Source of the DNA: Thermoproteota archaeon
Lineage (GTDB): Archaea; Korarchaeota; Korarchaeia; Korarchaeales; Korarchaeaceae
Assembly: GCA_027491395.1 (NCBI GenBank)
Contig: JAOZFI010000039.1
Location: 51,044 to 115,043 of the forward strand
Length of the DNA stretch: 64,000 nucleotides
Direction of reading: 5' to 3'
Numbering within the stretch: the stretch's first letter is position 1; each line of letters begins with the position of its first letter. Made by a program: the position numbers and the translations under genes. Positions 54,777 to 64,000 of the stretch are shown here, in pieces. Below the pieces are notes generated by a model that was given only the letters and a program-made list of their open reading frames with translations, had not been told where the DNA came from and did not search any database.

Positions 54777-56195
54777 ATCCTATACGGAATTAGACCTTCT
54801 AAGCTCTCCACTAGGGTGATCGCTCATCTGATAGATCTCTCCATAGTTACACTCGCGTACGTGCCCGTGGTCCTCTTTGCGGAACCCCTCATGGAGGGAG
54901 CGGGGTTCCTCGGGCTGTCGCTCCTCTCCTCCATATTCCTCCTTATATTTCTCGGTTACTTCACCCTCTTCGAGGGGCTCACCTCCTCGACACCGGGCAA
55001 GCGAGCCTTGGGGCTGAGGGTGATCTCACTGAACACCCTCTCCAAGGTATCGATGGAGGACTCGATCGTCCGGAACTTGCTCAGACTGGTGGACGCCCTG
55101 ACCCTTTATCTATCAGTCCTCTTCACAGATGGCACGAGGATAGGCGATCTGGCGGCAGGAACTGTCGTGGCATCCAAAGACCTCCTCACCTTGGAGCTAC
55201 CGTCCGGCAGATCTGATGTGGCCGTGGACATAAGGAAAGGGATACTTGAGGCAACGTCACAGGAGCTGATGACTATGGAGGGAGGGGAGGAGCTGGTGAA
55301 GAGGCTCTCTAGTGGGGTGAAGATCGACGAGCTGCCGGAGGAGGTCCCCGAGGAGGTCGCGAGCGCGGCCTTCGTCCTCGCCACCAGGCCCAGACTCTCG
55401 CTCACCCTTTTAGGGCCTGAGAAAATAATAAGGATCTATGAGAGGGCTGCGGAGCTGTGTTATCACGTTGAGAGCAGGGAGATACTAAGGAACAGGGTCG
55501 AACTGATGAGAGCCCTTATGAGAGAACCTCCGCGAGGGGGCTTCGATGTCAGGAGAGTGTTCTTGGAAGGACCGAGGGAGTTCAGGGAGCTGGCCCCTTA
55601 CTTCCTCCTCTCCCTAGTGATATTCACGGCCTCCCTTATCACTGCCTACAACTACAGGCCTGCGTGGCTCGAAACTCTCTTGGAGGAGCTGTTCGGAAGG
55701 GGAGAGGCGGTGAGCCAGCTGAATCCCGTGATCCTCTCACTCCTCATCCTGATGAACAACGTCAGGGTGGCCCTCACCGTTGTTGGCACCGCTCCTGCGA
55801 TATTCCTCGCACCCCTAGTGCTGACCGCCAACGGAGCCCTAGTCGGACTCGTGATCGCTGTATCCAAGGCGGGGCCCGTACAGACCTTGGGCTTGATCCT
55901 ACCTCACGGAGTTCCAGAGCTCACTGCCATATTCATCTCGACATCCATAGCCCTCTCCGCGGTGAGAGAGATTATAGCACCCCGATCGGGGGGCAGGTTA
56001 AGATCCGCGGGTAAGGTAATAAGAGGCAAGCTCGAAGTGCTGGCGCTGGCCCTGCTAGTACTCGTGTACGCCGCGCTGGTGGAGGGGTTCGTGACCAGAA
56101 GCATAGGAAAGGACCTCCGAATGGCACTCCTCTTCTCCCTGGTGGAGGGGTTCGTGATATACGCCTACCTCTTACTGGTGGGTCGAAGAGGATGA
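54777..56195 (+). CDS. RDD domain fused to a SpoIIM-type membrane domain
   Basis: R..A.LID, YFTLFEG..TPGK..GLRV, RNLLRLVD, RIGDLAAGT; NNVRVA, NG, PHGVPEL, AALVEG; start uncertain (54777-54816). Confidence 0.82.
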   Translation: MLYGIRPSKLSTRVIAHLIDLSIVTLAYVPVVLFAEPLMEGAGFLGLSLLSSIFLLIFLGYFTLFEGLTSSTPGKRALGLRVISLNTLSKVSMEDSIVRNLLRLVDALTLYLSVLFTDGTRIGDLAAGTVVASKDLLTLELPSGRSDVAVDIRKGILEATSQELMTMEGGEELVKRLSSGVKIDELPEEVPEEVASAAFVLATRPRLSLTLLGPEKIIRIYERAAELCYHVESREILRNRVELMRALMREPPRGGFDVRRVFLEGPREFRELAPYFLLSLVIFTASLITAYNYRPAWLETLLEELFGRGEAVSQLNPVILSLLILMNNVRVALTVVGTAPAIFLAPLVLTANGALVGLVIAVSKAGPVQTLGLILPHGVPELTAIFISTSIALSAVREIIAPRSGGRLRSAGKVIRGKLEVLALALLVLVYAALVEGFVTRSIGKDLRMALLFSLVEGFVIYAYLLLVGRRG

Positions 56196-56221
56196 TGGAC
56201 TGAAGCTTTCCGAGATCGGAG

Positions 56222-56776
56222 CTAGCACTCCCTCCCCAGACTCTTTAGGAGGTCGCTCTTTGTGACTATTCCCACGATCCTTCCCCTCTCTTGGATGAGG
56301 ACCGCCGGATAGAGGAAGAGCATATCCCTCAGGAGGGGGAGGGAGGCGTCAGCCGGCAGAATGGGGAAGGCCTCCTCCATGACCTCCTCCACCCTCGACT
56401 CGGGGGATAGGGAGGAAAGCTTCCTCAGTAGCCCCTCCTCCGTCACCGAGCCTACCACCCTACCGCCGGTCATCACGGGAAGCTGGGAGATCCCCCTCTC
56501 CCCCATTATAGAGATGGCCCTACGGACAGTCTCCTCCGGAGTCACATGTATCACTGGAGAGCTCATCACCTCAGACGCCTTGGTGCATCCTCTCTTCCGC
56601 CTGGCCCTCTCCAAAGCCTCGAATATCCTAAGCGCAACCTCGTAGCTGGGGACCGTCTGCCCCCTCTCGACCTTTGAGATAAGTGATTGACTCACCCCCA
56701 CCATCTTAGCGAGCTCCTTCTGGCTCAGACCCAGCGCCCTCCTCTCCCTCGCTATCGAGGAAAGGTCCCATATCAT
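56222..56776 (-). CDS. XRE-HTH plus CBS-pair transcriptional regulator
   Basis: RRALGLSQKELA..GVSQSLISKVE; VMSSP, ISQLPV, GIVTKSD. Confidence 0.9.
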   Translation of the reverse strand: MIWDLSSIARERRALGLSQKELAKMVGVSQSLISKVERGQTVPSYEVALRIFEALERARRKRGCTKASEVMSSPVIHVTPEETVRRAISIMGERGISQLPVMTGGRVVGSVTEEGLLRKLSSLSPESRVEEVMEEAFPILPADASLPLLRDMLFLYPAVLIQERGRIVGIVTKSDLLKSLGREC

Positions 56777-56828
56777 TATTCCTCTAGGAATATCTCATTA
56801 CTCAAAATTATTACCAGGGAATTTCCTG
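56777..56828. promoter_or_regulatory. Operator-like palindromes in the divergent regulator/cystathionine synthase promoter
   Basis: TATTCCT-CT-AGGAATA (56777-56792) and near-palindrome CAGGGAATTTCCTG (56815-56828). Confidence 0.55.
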
Positions 56829-56835
56829 AAGGCCC

Positions 56836-57966
56836 ATGCCAAACTTCATCCCGCTAGAGATCCCGATCTACATGACGGCCACCTTTCTCAATCCACTTCC
56901 CACCGGTGAACCCAGCATCTCGGACAGGGGCACGGACCTGAAGTATTCGAGGGAGGAGAATCCCACCGTCCGAGCGCTCGAGAGGAGCCTAGCTGACCTA
57001 GATGGTTTCGAGGACGGACTGGCTTTCAACAGCGGCATGGCATCCATCTCGACCCTCCTACTATCTAAGGCTAGAGAGGGCATCTTGATGGGTGTTGACG
57101 CTTATCCAACCACGGTGGCTCTCGCCCTTCATCTGAGAGGGATGGGCTTTCGAGTTAAGCTGGTTCCGATCAAAGAGGTAGTGGATGCCGTGTCCAGCGA
57201 GTGGGGTCTCATCTTCGTCGAAACGGTAACCAACCCCATGCTGAGGGTGCCCGATCTCCCATCTCTATCGGACAGGTGTGAGGAGAAGGGGGTGGAGCTG
57301 GCAGTAGATAACACATTCGCCTCTCCTGTCCTGCTGAAACCCAGTAAATTCGCTTCATACTCGATCCAGAGCGCCACCAAGTACTTGGCGGGCCACAACG
57401 ATGTAATCGCGGGTGCCCTCACATCCGATGACGTTGGAGAGCTTTGGGAGTGGAGGAGGAGACTGGGAACTATACTAGATCCCTTTAGGGCCTTCCTTGT
57501 CCTCAGAGGTTTGCAAACACTTGAGCTCAGGGTGAGGAGGTACTCCCAAACTGCCTTGGAGGTAGCCAAGTTCCTAGAGGGGTGCGATCTAGTGGAGGAG
57601 GTCAGGTACCCAGGTCTGAACTCGCACCCCGACCATCGCATCGCGAGAGAGCTCTTCCACGGGATGTACGGTGGCATCATAACCTTCATCCCTAAGGTGG
57701 ATCCGGAGAGGATGTTCAGACACCTCAGGGTGGTGAGGCCAGCTCCCAGCTTGGGAGCGCCTGCAAGCCTGATCAGCAGGCCCCTGACTTCCGCTTCCTC
57801 CCTGCCTCCCTCTTTAGTTAAAGAGATGGGCATAAGTGAGAGGACCGTCAGGCTCTCGGTGGGTCTCGAGGATCCTCGCATCATAATTGATGACTTGAAG
57901 AGGGCATTAGAGCTAGCCCGCGCTCCCTCCCAAGAGGGAGGGGTCCCATCCTTTATTAGTTGGTAG
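56836..57966 (+). CDS. Cystathionine gamma-synthase/lyase family PLP enzyme
   Basis: YSREENPT, SGMA, ETVTNP, DNTF, SATKYLAGH.D, SLG, RLSVGLE. Confidence 0.92.
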   Translation: MPNFIPLEIPIYMTATFLNPLPTGEPSISDRGTDLKYSREENPTVRALERSLADLDGFEDGLAFNSGMASISTLLLSKAREGILMGVDAYPTTVALALHLRGMGFRVKLVPIKEVVDAVSSEWGLIFVETVTNPMLRVPDLPSLSDRCEEKGVELAVDNTFASPVLLKPSKFASYSIQSATKYLAGHNDVIAGALTSDDVGELWEWRRRLGTILDPFRAFLVLRGLQTLELRVRRYSQTALEVAKFLEGCDLVEEVRYPGLNSHPDHRIARELFHGMYGGIITFIPKVDPERMFRHLRVVRPAPSLGAPASLISRPLTSASSLPPSLVKEMGISERTVRLSVGLEDPRIIIDDLKRALELARAPSQEGGVPSFISW

Positions 57967-59897
57967 AGTTCATTACTAGTGTGAGAAGGCCCCCCGCGAT
58001 CATACTCGCCGCAGGAAAGGCTACCAGAATGCGGCCCTACTCGCTAGAGGTGCCCAAGGCGCTCTTCGAGCTCGCGCCCAACCTCACGGTTCTGGACCTC
58101 ACCATAAGGTGGTTGAGGGAGGAAGGCATCAGGGACATCATCATAGTGACTAGGCCGAGCCTAGCAAGGTTCTTCGTCGAGAGGTACGGGGACAGCGTGA
58201 AGGTGGTCACCACGGATAGGGAAGAGGGCTTTGGTAACCTCTACTCTTTCTTGACGGGTGTCAAGGCCGCTGACAGCTCCGAGTACCTCGTGCTGATGTC
58301 GGATCACATATTCGAGCCCGAGATCCTGAGGAGGATGCTCAGGAAGGGGGGGAGCAGGGCTTTCACCCTCTCCCTCGACAGGAATCCACCTTGGGACAAG
58401 CTGGAGGAGGGCCTGAAGGTGGTGCTGGAGGACGGCGAGGTGAAGGAGGTCGGGAAGGACGCGGTGCCCCATTACGGGATAGACACGGGCATATTTTACT
58501 GCACCGAGAAGGCTGAGGTGATAGCTAGGGAGACGATAGAGGAGAAAGGGGAGAAGGCAACGATAGCTGATGCCCTGAGGAAGGCGTTAGCCTACGGCGA
58601 GGTCTCGTACGTGGATGTGACGGGCCTCATCTGGATGGATGTGGACACCCCGGAGGAGTTGGAGGAAGCGAGGAAGATACTGCCGCTCCTCCTCAGGAGG
58701 AGCCTCATCAAGCCAGGAGATGGTCCAGTCTCCCGCTACATAAACAGGCAGATCTCCACCAGGCTCTCGGTCGCCCTCTTCTTGAGGGGCATATACGTCA
58801 GTCCGAACCTGATATCCCTCCTAGCCTTCTCCCTGATGGGGCTGGCAGCGGTCCTCATATACAGGGGGTTCCTGGTGCCCGCGGCCCTCATCATCCAGCT
58901 CTCCTCCATAATAGATGGAATGGACGGCGAGATAGCTAGGTTGTTCGGAACGGCCAGCGAGTTCGGAGGCCTTCTCGATGCCTTCCTCGACAGGTACTCT
59001 GACCTGCTGATAGTGGCAGCGATAGGAACTGGAGTCACGTTTCTAGAACCTTGGCAGATCTTCCTCCTTGGACTAGCTGCAGGAAACGTCTTCGTGACGA
59101 GTTACGTCTCCCACTTGGCGGGTTGGAGCACCGAGAGAGTGGTGAGACTCAGAGCTTGGAGCCCAGCCAGCAGGGACGTTAGACTCCTCGTTGCCGCCGT
59201 GACCACCGCGCTGGGTATGTTCCTGCCCTTCCTCTGGTACATGGCTCTCGTACCACTGGCCTTCTCCGCTTACATGGTGATCGCCTCTAGGATTCCGGAG
59301 AAACCCATCAAGCTTGAGAGAAGGACCCCTAAGCCCGAGGTGAAGGTGAAAAGGGTCAAGAAGAAGGTAACTCCCTTGGAAGCTAATCTCAGGGTACTCC
59401 TAGCCTCATCCATAAAGTTGACCCTCTGGGTAATTGTCATAAGGCTCTTCTACGGACTGGTGACGGATTTAGGCCCCTTAATGATTCTGGACCTGAAGAT
59501 CAGCCCAGTGACCGTGCTTAACATTGCTGAGTTCATAGTGGTGGTTTACTTCGGCTACAGGATCCTCCTCTCCATAAAGTCCCTCCTCGACCTCCTGAGT
59601 AAATGGCTAGTGAGGGAGATGGGCCTTGTGACCGAGGCAGCGGTGAAGAGAGCGCTGGCCGACATCTTCTACCTAGCGATCATATCCCTCCTGATAATTT
59701 TCGTCCCCAACTACTTGGAAGGAGTCCCGTTGGGAGGCATAGTCTCCAAGGTTGCCCTACTCGTGCTTCTCTTCCTCTTCCTCCTGTTCTTCTACGACTT
59801 GGCGAAGCTGTTCTACAGGAGCTTCAAGGGCTTCTTCGACAGGCAGATATCCAAGATAGCTGAGAGGCTCTCTGTAGCGGTGGAGGGAGAAAAGTGA
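57960..59897 (+). CDS. Bifunctional inositol-1-phosphate cytidylyltransferase/DIPP synthase-like protein with an extra C-terminal membrane domain
   Basis: ILAAGKATR..PK, MSDH, IDTG, WMDVDT; DGPVSRYINR; DGMDGEIAR..G..D..LD CDP-alcohol motif. Confidence 0.82.
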   Translation: MVEFITSVRRPPAIILAAGKATRMRPYSLEVPKALFELAPNLTVLDLTIRWLREEGIRDIIIVTRPSLARFFVERYGDSVKVVTTDREEGFGNLYSFLTGVKAADSSEYLVLMSDHIFEPEILRRMLRKGGSRAFTLSLDRNPPWDKLEEGLKVVLEDGEVKEVGKDAVPHYGIDTGIFYCTEKAEVIARETIEEKGEKATIADALRKALAYGEVSYVDVTGLIWMDVDTPEELEEARKILPLLLRRSLIKPGDGPVSRYINRQISTRLSVALFLRGIYVSPNLISLLAFSLMGLAAVLIYRGFLVPAALIIQLSSIIDGMDGEIARLFGTASEFGGLLDAFLDRYSDLLIVAAIGTGVTFLEPWQIFLLGLAAGNVFVTSYVSHLAGWSTERVVRLRAWSPASRDVRLLVAAVTTALGMFLPFLWYMALVPLAFSAYMVIASRIPEKPIKLERRTPKPEVKVKRVKKKVTPLEANLRVLLASSIKLTLWVIVIRLFYGLVTDLGPLMILDLKISPVTVLNIAEFIVVVYFGYRILLSIKSLLDLLSKWLVREMGLVTEAAVKRALADIFYLAIISLLIIFVPNYLEGVPLGGIVSKVALLVLLFLFLLFFYDLAKLFYRSFKGFFDRQISKIAERLSVAVEGEK

Positions 59898-59939
59898 CCT
59901 ATTAATAGCCCACTCGAACAAATGTAAAAGGCTGAGGAG

Positions 59940-60974
59940 ATGGTCGATGTGGATCCCCTAGACGAGCTCGAGGTAGAGGTGGACATAAGACTCATCAAGG
60001 ATGGGAAAGTCATACTCGACGGGAGGATAGCAGATCTCTTAAGGGCCGTTTCTAGGACGGGATCCCTTCTCGCGGCCGCGAAGCTCATCGAAATCCCTTA
60101 TTCGAAGGCATGGAGGGCCATCACTTCATTGGAGAGGAGGCTCGGGAGGAGTGTCATAGCTCCCAAAAGGGGAGGGAAGTACGGAGGAGGAACGACCCTG
60201 ACGGATGACGGCAAGAGACTACTTTCGATCTATGAGAAAGCAGAGAAGGAGATGGGAGTGGTCCGAAAATCCGTCGAGAAGGCGATCGAAAGACCGGATC
60301 TCCTCATAGCTGGAAGCCACGATCTATTGCTGGAGAGGGCTGTCAGTAAGTTGAGTGGGGCTATTGAGGTCCACTGGATAGGCTCCTACGGGGGCCTCCT
60401 GTCCATGATGATGGGCGACGCTGATGTATCCGGCATCCACCTGCTGGACGAAACAAGCGGACGATACAACGAGCCCATCGTCAGGAGACTTTTCCCAACT
60501 GGTGGGGTATCCCTCCTCAGGGGATACAGCAGGGAAGTTGGATGGGCCATGAGGAGGGACATGGATTTCGATCGTACGGATCTCCTCAGTGGAAAGGTGG
60601 TCTTGGCCAACAGGAACAGAGGGTCCGGTACTAGATTGCTCCTCGACAGCATACTATCCAAATTGGCCGAGGATGAGGATGTAGATCCTAGGGAGTTGAA
60701 GAGCAGGGTGAAAGGGTATAACGAGGGGTTCTTCACGCACACAGATGCCTGCAGGGCGGTCGCCGAGGGAAGGGCGGATATAACCCTCACCATCAGACCC
60801 GTGGCTGAGATTTACGGCCTGAAGTTCGTGCCGATTGGATGGGAGAGGTACGACTTAGTCGTGAGCGAGAGGATAAAGGAGGACATGCTGGCATCTCTAC
60901 TAGATGCAATAAGGAGGGAAAGACCACCTGCGGGTTATAGGGTGGAGGATGACCTAGGAGAGAGGATCTTCTAG
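59940..60974 (+). CDS. ModE-type HTH fused to a molybdate/tungstate-binding (PBP-like) domain
   Basis: TGSL..AA..YSKAW..GG..GG..LT; AGSHD, GSYGGL, GIHL, NRNRGSGTR, GY..TH, ERYD. Confidence 0.85.
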   Translation: MVDVDPLDELEVEVDIRLIKDGKVILDGRIADLLRAVSRTGSLLAAAKLIEIPYSKAWRAITSLERRLGRSVIAPKRGGKYGGGTTLTDDGKRLLSIYEKAEKEMGVVRKSVEKAIERPDLLIAGSHDLLLERAVSKLSGAIEVHWIGSYGGLLSMMMGDADVSGIHLLDETSGRYNEPIVRRLFPTGGVSLLRGYSREVGWAMRRDMDFDRTDLLSGKVVLANRNRGSGTRLLLDSILSKLAEDEDVDPRELKSRVKGYNEGFFTHTDACRAVAEGRADITLTIRPVAEIYGLKFVPIGWERYDLVVSERIKEDMLASLLDAIRRERPPAGYRVEDDLGERIF

Positions 60975-61055
60975 CTTGATTCTTCTTATCCTTCTTTTCT
61001 AGACCTTAGAAAAGTGAAGATGAGGGGAGAAAGAAAGTAGGAGAGGAATGAGGGT

Positions 61056-61991
61056 TCACGGGGGCAGGAAGACCGTGTTGGCCCCTACCGCTAGTACCAC
61101 GTACCTGAGCAGCAACCCTCCTATGACGACCAGTATCCCTGCTATCACGGGCATGAGGCACCTAGCTCCTATCTTCTCCGTTTCCTTATGCTCTCCCATT
61201 ATGTGCACGTACTCGAGCAGGAACGGGATGGCTAGACCCATCAGCACGACACCGACGATGAACATCAGTGACAGATCTCCGAAGAGAAGTCTGTTAACCG
61301 CTAGAGAAGCCTCGATGGGACCCTGAATCATCATTCCCATGTAGGTGAACAGGATGAGGAGTTCGATGGCTATGAGGGCAGAGTCCCACTTGGATAGCAT
61401 CACACAGTACTCGTAGTGGTACTTCCTCTCAGCTGGCGGCGATCTTATCCCGACAGCCACGTTGGTCCACATCACGGCGACCACCCCTGTGGAGAGTGCT
61501 GAGGCCACGAAGAGAAGCGGTAAAGCCGGAGTGTGCCAGATCGGGATCTGCCTCACGATGCCTATCAATACTCCAGTGTAGTAGGTGACTAGGAAGCCGA
61601 ACGCCGCGGCTAGGAAGCCCGTAATGTCAGCCACCTTCTCGCTCCCGTACCATGGAAGGAACTTGAACCAGTCGTTTATTGCGGTCACGTAGAGGGCACC
61701 TAATATCATGAATATGGTGAGGATCATCGAGCCTATGGTTATCATGGAGCCGAAGTTGAGCTTGGGACTCATGAACACCAAGTAAAATCTCTCCGGTCTT
61801 CCCAAGTCGAGTATCAGGAACAGAGTACCTACTACAACGATTATCAGGGAGAGGAGAGCGGCCTTAGATGTCACCTTTATGTCGTTGGCCTTCTTGGCTA
61901 GGTAGTAGCTGGCGAGCATGCCACCGCCGCCCATACCTCCTAGGAAGAGGTATATGGCAATATACCAACCCCACGCATCTTGAAATATCAT
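61056..61991 (-). CDS. NrfD/PsrC membrane anchor subunit
   Basis: WGWYIAIYLFLGG, DLGRPERF, YTGVL, PIW, SALSTG, LLRY. Confidence 0.92.
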   Translation of the reverse strand: MIFQDAWGWYIAIYLFLGGMGGGGMLASYYLAKKANDIKVTSKAALLSLIIVVVGTLFLILDLGRPERFYLVFMSPKLNFGSMITIGSMILTIFMILGALYVTAINDWFKFLPWYGSEKVADITGFLAAAFGFLVTYYTGVLIGIVRQIPIWHTPALPLLFVASALSTGVVAVMWTNVAVGIRSPPAERKYHYEYCVMLSKWDSALIAIELLILFTYMGMMIQGPIEASLAVNRLLFGDLSLMFIVGVVLMGLAIPFLLEYVHIMGEHKETEKIGARCLMPVIAGILVVIGGLLLRYVVLAVGANTVFLPP

Positions 61992-62004
61992 CTAACCACC
62001 TCCA

Positions 62005-62568
62005 TCACTCCTCCACAGCTCTCCTGATGTAGAACACCTTTGGTTCGGTGAGCAGATCAGGTCTGAGCTGCACAGCAACGCCGGACTTCGCTAACTTGTA
62101 CACCTCGCTGTTCGGATCCTCCAGGTCACCGAATATCCTTGCGTGACCGACGCAGGTCTCCACGCATGCTGGCTGCCTACCCTGAAGGACGCGGTTGTCG
62201 TAGCAGAAGGTGCACTTGTCGATGACACCCTTCCTCTCGTCCAAGTACCTAGCTAGGTATGGACAGGCCACTATGCAGTACTTGCAGCCTATGCATATCT
62301 CGTGATGCACCAAAACGACCCCATCCTCATTCTTGTAGCTCGCCCCGGTCGGACATACGGTGACGCACGGTGGGTTCTCACAGTGCATGCACAGCCTCGG
62401 GACGAAGACCCTCGTGACATTAGGGAACTCGCCGAAGAAGAACTCTGGAACGTGGGTCCTGCGCCTGCCATCCCTCCACTCCGTGTCATTCTCCAGATCG
62501 CAGGCCGCTATACAGGCCCCGCAACCTATGCAGCTGCGGGTATCCATAACCATCGCGTACTTGGCCAT
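62005..62568 (-). CDS. 4x[4Fe-4S] subunit (PsrB/NrfC type)
   Basis: CIGCGAC..C, CMHC..PPC..CP, CIGCKYC..CPY, KCTFC..PACV..C. Confidence 0.93.
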   Translation of the reverse strand: MAKYAMVMDTRSCIGCGACIAACDLENDTEWRDGRRRTHVPEFFFGEFPNVTRVFVPRLCMHCENPPCVTVCPTGASYKNEDGVVLVHHEICIGCKYCIVACPYLARYLDERKGVIDKCTFCYDNRVLQGRQPACVETCVGHARIFGDLEDPNSEVYKLAKSGVAVQLRPDLLTEPKVFYIRRAVEE

Positions 62569-62579
62569 CCAACCACCTC

Positions 62580-64000
62580 CTACGCCTTCTCAACCCTCAC
62601 AAGGATCTCCTGCATCAGGGCGTTGGGCAGCAGCTTGTACTGATCTTCGAATATCTTCCACATCCTGTTCATCGGTACTCCCCCTACCTTCTTGGCGTTC
62701 GTGAGCCTGTCACTCTCTATTCCCCATCCGGACACGGTGAACACGGTGTCGGGCCTGACTCCCTCGGTCACGAAGGCAACTGCGGTTGCAGACTTCCCTG
62801 TGGCCAAGCTGGTCACCTTAACTAAGTCACCATCCTTTATCCCCAGCTCAGCAGCTCTCTTAGCGTTTATCCAGAGGCTGTAGTGCCCCTTCCTAGCTAT
62901 GGAAATCAGGAGATCGTTATCCGATGTGTGGGTGTGGCTCGTCACGGGACTCCTGCCGTAAGTCAGATAGAAGACGTTCCCGCTAGCCTTGTTAAATACC
63001 CTTGGTGGCACCCAATCCGGTAACGGATCCCAGTTGGGATTCTTTCCTGCCTTACTGGTGATTCCGAGGAGTTTCATGCTGTAAATCTCCACTTTACCTG
63101 TCGGCGTTTGCAAGGGCTTCTTGTAGGGCATAGTACCTATGAGCTTCTACCTTGGCGTCAGGAGGACTACTCCCTTGCTCTGGAGCTCACCCAGATCGAT
63201 CCCCTTGCCCTTCGCTTGCAGCTTCCTTATGCCAGCTATTCCCTCTGCTTCGTAAGCCTGCTGCAAAACTGGAGCCTTATCCTCACCCATACCTAGTATG
63301 ACAGCTAGAGCGTGGAAGTACTTCTCCTTCATGCCCATTTTATCGGCAATTGAAACCGCTATATCTATCAGGGGCCTCGCGTCGTATATCGGATCGATAA
63401 CCTTGAATGCTGAGTACATGGCCTTGTCAGGAGTGAAGGCCACCCCGAACAGTGGGTCATCTCTCTCCAAGTAAGTAGTATCTGGAAGTATGACATCGGC
63501 GTACATGGCAGTATCGGTGGCCATGTTGTCCACGACTATCACATGCTCCAGCTTCTTGAAGGCTGCCTTTACCTTATCCTCGTCCGGAACTGTCCTTATC
63601 CAGTTCCCTCCCCATACCATCAAAGCCTTTATGGGGTAGGGCTTTCCGGTTAGAATGGCCTCTATGTACGCGAGGATGTGGGGCTGAGCTGTTGATACTA
63701 TAATGCCCTTTTCCTTCATCCACTGGACATCAACCCTGCTCTCCGGTAGTGGAGAGCTGGTTACGTTCCTTCCAACAGCATTGAACACCAACCCGCCAGG
63801 CTTGTCTATGTTGCCGACCATGGCGTTGAGTACTGCAGCCATTCTCCACGTCTGAACTGAATTCTCGTACTTGGGATCGTGCCATCCCGGATCTATCACC
63901 GCTGGCCTTATGGTACCGAACTCCCTGGCTACCTTCTCTATCAACTCGGCGGGTACGTCGCACACCTGAGAAGCCCACTGCGGTGAGTACTGCTCAAGCC
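62580..64000 (-). CDS. Molybdopterin oxidoreductase catalytic subunit (PsrA/PhsA-like), 5'-partial, interrupted by an in-frame TAG at 63147-63149
   Basis: GNIDKPGG, YPIKA, TAMYADVILP..YLER, TPTGKVEI, IN..AAELGIKDGD; both track ORFs are in the same frame. Confidence 0.85.

Noticed and set aside
1-64000. Genome-wide TAG recoding as an explanation for the psrA amber codon
   Set aside because: Many genes end at TAG at their expected C-termini (thrS, DHDPS-like, nitrilase, udg, HTH-CBS, ModE fusion).
1-64000. CRISPR arrays, rRNA, IS elements, integrase or provirus
   Set aside because: No regularly spaced repeats, rRNA-like stretch, transposase/integrase motif or att-like pair seen; intergenic gaps are all under ~400 bp.

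Overview
A gene-dense, roughly 55% GC (by eye) segment of an archaeal chromosome. GGAGGTG ribosome-binding sites, TATA boxes about 25-30 nt upstream of near-leaderless starts, AGG-rich Arg coding and a di-myo-inositol-phosphate synthase point to a (hyper)thermophile; Korarchaeota is my inference and is not verified. The window runs from a 5'-truncated serS to a 5'-truncated polysulfide/thiosulfate reductase-like psrABC operon. It holds housekeeping and metabolic genes (thrS, malic enzyme, aroC/chorismate mutase-aminotransferase/tyrA, speE, alaX, a LIV-type ABC transporter, glnA, udg, nadE, cystathionine gamma-synthase/lyase), several surface proteins, a VapBC pair and a doubly frameshifted MNT-HEPN pair. 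I saw no rRNA, tRNA, CRISPR array, transposase or integrase. Most notable: (1) a four-gene operon that looks like leuABCD but carries Re-citrate synthase and isocitrate dehydrogenase signatures, i.e. a candidate 2-oxoglutarate pathway two genes from glnA; (2) a translationally coupled cluster of tiny pilin-like genes, two of them missed by the ORF track, followed by a VirB2/TedC-like pilin candidate; (3) a ~135-nt structured thrS leader with mutually exclusive helices over the SD; (4) an in-frame amber codon in psrA; (5) a NifS homologue lacking its catalytic residues; (6) a chorismate mutase-aminotransferase fusion; (7) two probable ATT/ATC start codons. All calls come from motif recognition by eye; no searches were run.
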